The notes under the pieces were generated by a model. That model saw only the letters and a list, made by a program, of their open reading frames with translations, was not told the DNA's origin and searched no databases. DNA of 64,000 nucleotides, taken from NCBI GenBank assembly GCA_043228905.1, contig JBHGNT010000136.1:1-64000 (forward strand). Reading direction: 5' to 3'. The number at the start of each line of letters is the position of its first letter. Position 1 is the stretch's first letter. Origin of the DNA: Azolla caroliniana (Eukaryota > Plantae > Polypodiophyta). Positions 53,301 through 64,000 of the stretch are shown here, in pieces. The translations under genes and the position numbers were made by a program.

Positions 53301-55280
53301 ACTCCCTCCTCAAATTTGCTAATTTCTTCATGTCTCTCGACCTGAGTTTCAAAATCTTGGGTTTAGGGTTTAGGGTTTAGGGTTTAGGGTTTAGGGTTTA
53401 GGGTTGGATTTTTAATTCCATATCATAGCTAGCTTTGTTAGCTTTGATTCGCATGTTTGAAGACAGGAATCCCATATCACAGGAGATATGAACATTTTAA
53501 TTTACCTACTTACTCTTGTTAGCTCCCGCCTCAAATTTGCTAATTTCTTCATGTCTGTCGACCTGAGTTTCAAAATCTTAATTTTTTAATTCCATATCAT
53601 AGCAAACGTTGTTAGCTTCGATTTGCATGTTTGACCACATAATTTCGATATCACACGACCCAGGTATGAACATTTTAATTTACCTACTTGCTCTTCTCAA
53701 CTCTCGCCTCAAATTTGCTAATTTCTTCATGTCTCCCGACCTGAGTTTCAAAATCTTGATTTTTTAATTCCATATGATAGCAAGCGTTGTTAGCTTCCAT
53801 TCGCATGTTTGAACACAGGAATCCAATATCACAGGAGCCAGATATGAACATTTTAATTTACCTACTTGCTCTTGTCAACTCCCGCCTCAAATTTGCTAAT
53901 TTCTTCATATCTCTCGACCTTAGTTTCAAAATCTTGATTTTTTAATTCTACATCATAGCTAGCTTTGTTAGCTTCGATTCGCATGTTTGAACACAAAAAT
54001 CCGATATCACACGACCCAGGTATGAACATTTTAATTTACCTACTTGCTCTTGTCAACTCCCGCCTCAAATTTGCTAATTTCTTCATGTCTCTCGACCTGA
54101 GTTTCAAAATCTTAATTTATTAATTCCATATCATAGTAAACGTTGTTAGCTTCGATTCGCATGTTTCACCACATAATTCCAATATCACACGACCCAGGTA
54201 TGAACATTTTAATTTACGTACTAGCTCTTCTCAACTCACTCCTCAAATTTGCTAATTTCTTCATGTCTCTCGACCTAAGTTTCAAAATCTTGATTTTTTA
54301 ATTCCATATCATAGCAAGCGTTGTTAGCTTCGATTCGCATGTTTGAACACAGAATTCGGATATCACACGACCCGGGTATGAACATTTTAATTTACCTACT
54401 TGCTCTTGTCAACTCCCGCCTCAAATTTGCTAATTTCTTCATGTCTCTCGACCTGAGTTTCAAAATCTTGATTTTTTAATTCCATATCATAGCAAGCGTT
54501 GTTAGCTTTGATTCGAATGTTCGAATGTTCGAATTTACCTACTTGCTCTTGTCAACTCCCGCCTCAAATTTGCTAATTTCTTCATGTCTCTCTACGTGAG
54601 TTTCAAAATCTTGATTTTTTAATTCCATATCATAGAAAGCGTTGTTAGCTTCCATTCGCATGTTTGAACACAGGAATCCAATATCACAGGACCCAGGTAT
54701 GAACATTTTAATTTACCTACTTGCTCTTGTCAACTCCCGCCTCAAATTTGCTTATTTCTTCATGTCTCTCGACCTGAGTTTCAAAATCTTGATTTTTTAA
54801 TTCCATATCATAGCAAACGTTTTTAGCTTTGATTCGCATGTTTGAACACAGGAATCCGATATCACACGAGCTAGGTATGAACATTTTAATTTACCCACCT
54901 TCTCTTGTTAACTCCCGCCTCAAATTTGCTAATTTCTTCATGTCTCTCGACCTGAGTTTCAAAATCTTGATTTTTTAATTCCATATCATAGCAAGCGGAG
55001 TGAGCTTCGATTCGCATGTTTGAACACAAAAATCCAATATCACAGGAGCCAAATATGAACATTTTAATTTACTAACGCGTTGTTTTAAACTCCCTCCTCA
55101 AATTTGCTAATTTCCTCATGTCTCTCGACGTGAGTTTCAAAATATTGATTTTTTAATTCCATATCAGAGCTAGCGTTGTTAGCTTCGATTCGCACGTTTG
55201 AACACAGAAATCCAATATCACAGAAGCCAAATATGAACATTTTAATTTACTAACGCGTTGTTCTAAACTCCCTCCTCAAA
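47400..55280. repeat. Diverged, rearranged satellite sub-family block (also at ~42320-43450)
   Basis: Monomers carry ACCTACTTGCTCTTGTCAACTCCCGCC, GCAAGCG, TTTCACCACAGAATTCC and GGAGCCAGATATG variants, many indels and weak periodic order. Confidence 0.85.
53360..53407 (+). repeat. Interstitial telomeric repeat (TTTAGGG)6 inside a satellite monomer
   Basis: AAAATCTTG-GG(TTTAGGG)6TTGG-ATTTTTAATTCC; six perfect units at 53362-53403. Confidence 0.97.
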
Positions 55281-55289
55281 TTTGCTAAT

Positions 55290-58200
55290 TTATTCATGTC
55301 TCTCGACCTGAGTTTCAAAATCTTGATTTTTCAATTCCATATCATAGCTAGCGTTGTTAGCTTCGATTCGCATGTTTGAACACAAAAATCCGATATCATA
55401 CGAGCCAGGTACGAACATTTTAATTTACTCAAGGGCTCCTCTCAACTCCCTCCTCAAGTTTGCTAATTTCGTCATGCCTCTCGACCTGAGTTTCAAAATC
55501 TTGATTTTTTAATTCCATATCATAGCTTGCGTTGTTAGCTTCGATTCGCATGTCTGAACACAAAAATCCGATATCACACGAGCCAGGTATGAACATTTTA
55601 ATTTACCTACAAGCTCTTCTCAACTCCCTCCTCGAATTTGGTAATTTCGTCATGTCTCTCGACCTGAGTTTCAAAATCTTGATTTTTTAATTCCATATCA
55701 AAACTAGCGTTGTTAGCTTCGATTCGCATGTCTGAACACAAAAATCCGATATGACACGAGCCAGGTATGAACATTTTAATTTACTCAAGGGCTCCTCTCA
55801 ACTCCCTCCTCAAGTTTGCTAATTTCTTCATATCTCTCGACCTAAGTTTGAAAATCTTGAGTTTTTAAATCCACATCATAGCTAGCGTTGTTAGCTTTGA
55901 TTCGCATATTTGAACACAAAAATCCGATATCACACTCGCCAGGTATGAACATTTTAATTTACCTACTAGCTCTTCTCAACTCACTCCTCAATTTGGTAAT
56001 TTCGTCATGTCTCTCGACCTGAGTTTCAAAATCTTGATTTTTTAATTCCATATCATAGCTAGCGTTGTTAGATTCGATTCGAATGTTTGAACACAAAAAT
56101 CCGATATCACACGAGGCAGGTAGGAACATTTTAATTTACTCCAAGGGTCCTCACAACTCCCTCTTCAAGTTTGCTAATTTCGTCATGTCTCTCGATGTGA
56201 GTTTCAAAATCTTGATTTTTTAATTCCATATCATAGCTAGCGTTGTTAGATTCGATTCGCATGTTTGAACACAAAAATCCGATTTCACACGAGCCAGGTA
56301 TGGACATTTTAGTTTACTCAAGGGCTCCTCTCAACTCCCTCCTCAAGTTTGTTAATTTCTTCATATCTCTCGACCTGAGTTTCAAAATCTTGAGTTTTTA
56401 ATTCCATATCAAAACTAGCGTTGTTAGCTTCGATTCGCATGTCTGAACACAAAAATCCGATATGACACGAGCCAGGTATGAACATTTTAATTTACTCAAG
56501 GGCTCCTCTCAACTCCCTCCTCAAGTTTGCTAATTTCTTCATATCTCTCGACCTAAGTTTGAAAATCTTGAGTTTTTAAATCCACATCATAGCTAGCGTT
56601 GTTAGCTTTGATTCGCATATTTGAACACAAAAATCCAATATCACACTCGCCAGGTATCAACATTTTAATTTACCTACTAGCTCTTCTCAACTCACTCCTC
56701 AATTTGGTAATTTCGTCATGTCTCTCGACCTGAGTTTCAAAATCTTGATTTTTTAATTGCATATCATAGCTAGCGTTGTTAGATTCGATTCGCATGTTTG
56801 AACACAAAAATCCGATATCACACGAGGCAGGTAGGAACATTTTAATTTACTCCAGGGGTCCTCACAACTCCCTCTTCAAGTTTGCTAATTTCGTCATGTC
56901 TCTCGATGTGAGTTTCAAAATCTTGATTTTTTAATTCCATATCATAGCTAGCGTTGTTAGATTCGATTCGCATGTTTGAACACAAAAATTCGATTTCACA
57001 CGAGCCAGGTATGGACATTTTAGTTTACTCAAGGGCTCCTCTCAACTCCTTCCTCAAGTTTGTTAATTTCTTCATATCTCTCGACCTGAGTTTCAAAATC
57101 TTGAGTTTTTAAATTCACATCATAGCTAGCATTCTTAGCTTCGATTCGCATGTTTGAATACAAAAATCCGATATCACACTCGCCAGGTATGAACATTTCA
57201 ATTTACCTACCTACTCTTCTCAACTCCCTCCTCAAATTTGCTAATTTCGTCATGTCTCTCGACCGGAATTTGAAAATCTTGATTTTTTAATTCCATATCA
57301 TAGCTAGCGTTGTTAGCTTCGATTCGCATGTTTGAACACATAAATCCGATATGACACTCGCCAGGTATGAACATTTAAATTTACCTACTAGCTCTTCTCA
57401 ACTCACTCCTCAAATTTGGTAATTTCCTCATGTCTCTCGACCTGAGTTTCAAAATCTTGACTTTTTAATTCCATATCATAGCTAGCGTTGTTAGATTCGA
57501 TTTGCATATTTGAACACAAAAATCCGATATCACACGAGCCAGGTAGGAACATTTTAATTTACTCAAGGGCTCCTCTCAACTCCCTCCTCAAGTTTGCTAT
57601 TTTCGTCATGTCTCTCGACCTGAGTTTCAAAATCTTGATTTTTTAATTCCATATCATAGATAGCGTTGTTAGATTCGATTCGCATGTTTGAACTCAAAAA
57701 TCCGATATCACACGAGCCAGGTAGGAACATTTTAATTTACTCAAGGGCTCCTCTCAACTCCCTCCTCAAGTTTGCTAATTTATTCATATCTCTCGACCTG
57801 AGTTTCAAAATCTTGATTTTTCAATTCCATATCATAGCTAGCGTTGTTAGCTTCGATTCGCATGTTTGAACACAAAAATCCGATATCATACGAGCCAGGT
57901 ACGAACATTTTAATTTACTCAAGGGCTCCTCTCAACTCCCTCCTCAAGTTTGCTAATTTCGTCATGCCTCTCGACCTGAGTTTCAAAATCTTGATTTTTT
58001 AATTCCATATCATAGCTTGTGTTGTTAGCTTCGATTCGCATGTCTGAACACAAAAATCCGATATCACACGAGCCAGGTATGAACATTTTAATTTACCTAC
58101 AAGCTCTTCTCAACTCCCTCCTCGAATTTGGTAATTTCGTCATGTCTCTCGACCTGAGTTTCAAAATCTTGATTTTTTAATTCCATATCAAAACTAGCGT

Positions 58201-61200
58201 TGTTAGCTTCGATTCGCATGTCTGAACACAAAAATCCGATATGACACGAGCCAGGTATGAACATTTTAATTTACTCAAGGGCTCCTCTCAACTCCCTCCT
58301 CAAGTTTGCTAATTTCTTCATATCTCTCGACCTAAGTTTGAAAATCTTGAGTTTTTAAATCCACATCATAGCTAGCGTTGTTAGCTTTGATTCGCATATT
58401 TGAACACAAAAATCCGATATCACACTCGCCAGGTATGAACATTTTAATTTACCTACTAGCTCTTCTCAACTCACTCCTCAATTTGGTAATTTCGTCATGT
58501 CTCTCGACCTGAGTTTCAAAATCTTGATTTTTTAATTCCATATCATAGCTAGCGTTGTTAGATTCGATTCGAATGTTTGAACACAAAAATCCGATATCAC
58601 ACGAGGCAGGTAGGAACATTTTAATTTACTCCAAGGGTCCTCACAACTCCCTCTTCAAGTTTGCTAATTTCGTCATGTCTCTCGATGTGAGTTTCAAAAT
58701 CTTGATTTTTTAATTCCATATCATAGCTAGCGTTGTTAGATTCGATTCGCATGTTTGAACACAAAAATCCGATTTCACACGAGCCAGGTATGGACATTTT
58801 AGTTTACTCAAGGGCTCCTCTCAACTCCCTCCTCAAGTTTGTTAATTTCTTCATATCTCTCGACCTGAGTTTCAAAATCTTGAGTTTTTAAATCCACATC
58901 ATAGCTAGCGTTCTTAGCTTCGATTCGCATGTTTGAATACAAAAATCTGATATCACACTCGCCAGGTATGAACATTTTAATTTACCTACCTACTCTTCTC
59001 AACTCCCTCCTCAAATTTGCTAATTTCGTCATGTCTCTCGACCGGAATTTGAAAATCTTGATTTTTTAATTCCATATCATAGCTAGCGTTGTTAGCTTCG
59101 ATTCGCATGTTTGAACACATAAATCCGATATGACACTCGCCAGGTATGAACATTTAAATTTACCTACTAGCTCTTCTCAACTCACTCCTCAAATTTGGTA
59201 ATTTCCTCATGTCTCTCGACCTGAGTTTCAAAATCTTGACTTTTTAATTCCATATCATAGCTAGCGTTGTTAGATTCGATTTGCATATTTGAACACAAAA
59301 ATCCGATATCACACGAGCCAGGTAGGAACATTTTAATTTACTCAAGGGCTCCTCTCAACTCCCTCCTCAAGTTTGCTATTTTCGTCATGTCTCTCGACCT
59401 GAGTTTCAAAATCTTGATTTTTTAATTCCATATCATAGATAGCGTTGTTAGATTCGATTCGCATGTTTGAACTCAAAAATCCGATATCACACGAGCCAGG
59501 TAGGAACATTTTAATTTACTCAAGGGCTCCTCTCAACTCCCTCCTCAAGTTTGCTAATTTATTCATATCTCTCGACCTGAGTTTCAAAATCTTGATTTTT
59601 CAATTCCATATCATAGCTAGCGTTGTTAGCTTCGATTCGCATGTTTGAACACAAAAATCCGATATCATACGAGCCAGGTACGAACATGTTAATTTACTCA
59701 AGGGCTCCTCTCAACTCCCTCCTCAAGTTTGCTAATTTCGTCATGCCTCTCGACCTGAGTTTCAAAATCTTGATTTTTTAATTCCATATCATAGCTTGCG
59801 TTGTTAGCTTCGATTCGCATGTCTGAACATAAAAATCCGATATCACACGAGCCAGGTATGAACATTTTAATTTACCTACAAGCTCTTCTCAACTCCCTCC
59901 TCGAATTTGGTAATTTCGTCATGTCTCTCGACCTGAGTTTCAAAATCTTGATTTTTCAATTCCATATCATAGCTAGCGTTGTTAGCTTCGATTCGCATGT
60001 TTGAACACAAAAATCCGATATCATACGAGGCAGGTACGAACATGTTAATTTACTCAAGGGCTCCTCTCAACTCCCTCCTCAAGTTTGCTAATTTCGTCAT
60101 GCCTCTCGACCTGAGTTTCAAAATCTTGATTTTTTAATTCCATATCATAGCTTGCGTTGTTAGCTTCGATTCGCATGTCTGAACACAAAAATCCGATATC
60201 ACACGAGCCAGGTATGAACATTTTAATTTACCTACAAGCTCTTCTCAACTCGCTCCTCGAATTTGGTAATTTCGTCATGTCTCTCGACCTGAGTTTCAAA
60301 ATCTTGATTTTTTAATTCCATATCAAAGCTAGCGTTGTTAGCTTCGATTCGCATGTTTGAACACAAAAATCCGATATGACACGAGCCAGGTATGAACATT
60401 TTAATTTACTCAAGGGCTCCTCTCAACTCCCTCCTCAAGTTTGCTAATTTCTTCATATCTCTCGACCTAAGTTTGAAAATCTTGAGTTTTTAAATCCACA
60501 TCATAGCTAGCGTTGTTAGCTTTGATTCGCATATTTGAACACAAAAATCCGATATCACACTCGCCAGGTATGAACATTTTAATTTACCTACTAGCTCTTC
60601 TCAACTCACTCCTCAATTTGGTAATTTCGTCATGTCTCTCGACCTGAGTTTCAAAATCTTGATTTTTTAATTCCATATCATAGCTAGCGTTGTTAGATTC
60701 GATTCGCATGTTTGAACACAAAAATCCGATATCACATGAGGCAGGTAGGAACATTTTAATTTACTCTAGGGGTCCTCACAACTCCCTCTTCAAGTTTGCT
60801 AATTTCGTCATGTCTCTCGATGTGAGTTTCAAAATCTTGATTTTTTAATTCCATATCATAGCTAGCGTTGTTAGATTCGATTCGCATGTTTGAACACAAA
60901 AATCCGATTTCACACGAGCCAGGTATGGACATTTTAGTTTACTCAAGGGCTCCTCTCAACTCCCTCCTCAAGTTTGTTAATTTCTTCATATCTCTCGACC
61001 TGAGTTTCAAAATCTTGAGTTTTTAAATCCACATCATAGCTAGCGTTCTTAGCTTCGATTCGCATGTTTGAATACAAAAATCTGATATCACACTCGCCAG
61101 GTATGAACATTTTAATTTACCTACCTACTCTTCTCAACTCCCTCCTCAAATTTCCTAATTTCGTCATGTCTCTCGACTGGAATTTGAAAATCTTGATTTT

Positions 61201-64000
61201 TTAATTCCATATCATAGCTAGCGTTGTTAGCTTCGATTCGCATGTTTGAACACATAAATCCGATATGACACTCGCCAGGTATGAACATTTAAATTTACCT
61301 ACTAGCTCTTCTCAACTCACTCCTCAAATTTGGTAATTTCCTCATGTCTCTCGACCTGAGTTTCAAAATCTTGACTTTTTAATTCCATATCATAGCTAGC
61401 GTTGTTAGATTCGATTTGCATATTTGAACACAAAAATCCGATATCACACGAGCCAGGTAGGAACATTTTAATTTACTCAAGGGCTCCTCTCAACTCCCTC
61501 CTCAAGTTTGCTATTTTCGTCATGTCTCTCGACCTGAGTTTCAAAATCTTGATTTTTTAATTCCATATCATAGATAGCGTTGTTAGATTCGATTCGCATG
61601 TTTGAACACAAAAATCCGATATCACACGAGCCAGGTAGGAACATTTTAATTTACTCAAGGGCTCCTCTCAACTCCCTCCTCAAGTTTGCTAATTTATTCA
61701 TATCTCTCGACCTGAGTTTCAAAATCTTGATTTTTCAATTCCATATCATAGCTAGCGTTGTTAGCTTCGATTCGCATGTTTGAACACAAAAATCCGATAT
61801 CATACGAGCCAGGTACGAACATGTTAATTTACTCAAGGGCTCCTCTCAACTCCCTCCTCAAGTTTGCTAATTTCATCATGCCTCTCGACCTGAGTTTCAA
61901 AATCTTGATTTTTTAATTCCATATCATAGCTTGCGTTGTTAGCTTCGATTCGCATGTCTGAACACAAAAATCCGATATCACACGAGCCAGGTATGAACAT
62001 TTTAATTTACCTACAAGCTCTTCTCAACTCCCTCCTCGAATTTGGTAATTTCGTCATGTCTCTCGACCTGAGTTTCAAAATCTTGATTTTTTAATTCCAT
62101 ATCAAAGCTAGCGTTGTTAGCTTCGATTCGCATGTTTGAACACAAAAATCCGATATGACACGAGCCAGGTATGAACATTTTAATTTACTCAAGGGCTCCT
62201 CTCAACTCCCTCCTCAAGTTTGCTAATTTCTTCATATCTCTCGACCTAAGTTTGAAAATCTTGAGTTTTTAAATCCACATCATAGCTAGCGTTGTTAGCT
62301 TTGATTCGCATATTTGAACACAAAAATCCGATATCACACTCGCCAGGTATGAACATTTTAATTTACCTACTAGCTCTTCTCAACTCACTCCTCAATTTGG
62401 TAATTTCGTCATGTCTCTCGACCTGAGTTTCAAAATCTTGATTTTTTAATTCCATATCATAGCTAGCGTTGTTAGATTCGATTCGCATGTTTGAACACAA
62501 AAATCCGATATCACACGAGGCAGGTAGGAACATTTTAATTTACTCTAGGGGTCCTCACAACTCCCTCTTCAAGTTTGCTAATTTCGTCATGTCTCTCGAC
62601 CTGAGTTTCAAAATCTTGACTTTTTAATTCCATATCATAGCTAGCGCTGTTAGATTCGATTTGCATATTTGAACACAAAAATCCGATATCACACGAGCCA
62701 GGTAGGAACATTTTAATTTACTCAAGGGCTCCTCTCAACTCCCTCCTCAAGTTTGCTATTTTCGTCATGTCTCTTGACCTGAGTTTCAAAATCTTGATTT
62801 TTTAATTCCATATCATAGATAGCGTTGTTAGATTCGATTCGCATGTTTGAACACAAAAATCCGATATCACACGAGCCAGGTAGGAACATTTTAATTTACT
62901 CAAGGGCTCCTCTCAACTCCCTCCTCAAGTTTGCTAATTTATTCATATCTCTCGACCTGAGTTTCAAAATCTTGATTTTTCAATTCCATATCATAGCTAG
63001 CGTTGTTAGCTTCGATTCGCATGTTTGAACACATAAATCCAATATCATACGAGCCAGGTACGAACATGTTAATTTACTCAAGGGCTCCTCTCAACTCCCT
63101 CCTCAAGTTTGCTAATTTCGTCATGCCTCTCGACCTGAGTTTCAAAATCTTGATTTTTTAATTCCATATCATAGCTTGCGTTGTTAGCTTCGATTCGCAT
63201 GTCTGAACACAAAAATCCGATATCACACGAGCCAGGTATGAACATTTTAATTTACCTACAAGCTCTTCTCAACTCCCTCCTCGAATTTGGTAATTTCGTC
63301 ATGTCTCTCGACCTGAGTTTCAAAATCTTGATTTTTTAATTCCATATCAAAACTAGCGTTGTTAGCTTCGATTCGCATGTTTGAATACAAAAATCCGATA
63401 TGACACGAGCCAGGTATGAACATTTTAATTTACTCAAGGGCTCCTCTCAACTCCCTCCTCAAGTTTGCTAATTTCTTCATATCTCTCGACCTAAGTTTGA
63501 AAATCTTGAGTTTTTAAATCCACATCATAGCTAGCGTTGTTAGCTTTGATTCGCATATTTGAACACAAAAATCCGATATCACACTCGCCAGGTATGAACA
63601 TTTTAATTTACCTACTAGCTCTTCTCAACTCACTCCTCAATTTGGTAATTTCGTCATGTCTCTCGACCTGAGTTTCAAAATCTTGATTTTTTAATTCCAT
63701 ATCATAGCTAGCGTTGTTAGATTCGATTCGCATGTTTGAACACAAAAATCCGATATCACACGAGGCAGGTAGGAACATTTTAATTTACTCTAGGGGTCCT
63801 CACAACTCCCTCTTCAAGTTTGCTAATTTCGTCATGTCTCTCGATGTGAGTTTCAAAATCTTGATTTTTTAATTCCATATCATAGCTAGCGTTGTTAGAT
63901 TCGATTCCCATGTTTGAACACAAAACTCCGATTTCACACGAGCCAGGTATGGACATTTTAGTTTACTCAAGGGCTCCTCTCAACTCCCTCCTCAAGTTTG
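55290..64000. repeat. 10-monomer (1779-bp) HOR with 12-mer and 7-mer derivatives; related units at ~31500-37500 and ~44000-47000
   Basis: Equivalent monomer pairs (seen as near-identical spurious ORFs) at 57666, 59445, 61580 and 62825. Offsets are 1779 (10x178-1), 2135 (12x178-1) and 1245 (7x178-1); the -1 comes from the CTCCTCAATTTGG 1-bp-deleted monomer. Confidence 0.88.

Larger units (their letters stand above)
30901..64000. repeat. ~178-bp tandem satellite array, right of the retroelement (same orientation as the left array)
   Basis: Same monomer core and period continue to the window end, with different diagnostic variants (CACTCGCCAGG, GAGGCAGGTAGG...TCTAGGGGTCCTCAC, GAGTTTTTAAATCCACATC). 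Confidence 0.97.

Noticed and set aside
53360-53407. Telomere-telomere fusion or true chromosome end
   Set aside because: Only six units in one orientation, and the satellite resumes in register on the other side.
31769-63028. Seven near-identical 67-68 aa ORFs (…SIRMFEHKNPISHEPG…)
   Set aside because: Entirely satellite sequence with non-ATG starts; they recur because of the HOR and are not a gene family.
1-64000. CRISPR-like appearance (conserved segment alternating with a variable segment)
   Set aside because: The variable parts are homologous subtypes of one monomer, not unique spacers; the period is 178 bp and there are no cas genes.

Overview
About 93% of this window is a head-to-tail ~178-bp tandem satellite, all in one orientation. 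It has nucleosome-sized monomers and higher-order repeats (HORs), which suggests a centromeric or pericentromeric array. The host is probably a eukaryote with TTTAGGG telomeres, but I cannot identify the species. The array is interrupted at 26567-30900 by a single 4.3-kb minus-strand Penelope-like retroelement (PLE) with no visible GIY-YIG endonuclease. In sense order the element has: a Pro/His/Gln-rich ORF1; a canonical-looking -1 frameshift signal (A-AAA-AAC, 5-nt spacer, strong hairpin); a PLE reverse transcriptase ORF broken by one extra base in a C12 run; a CT-rich tract; a minimal type I hammerhead ribozyme; and a 3' segment with CCCTAAACCC telomere-complementary motifs. The insertion has no target-site duplication, removes 40 bp of the monomer, and lies near a switch in HOR type. 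A separate (TTTAGGG)6 insertion at 53360-53407 falls at the same short dyad (AAAATC-TT-GATTTT) of the monomer as the PLE 3' junction. The short ORFs inside the satellite are spurious.
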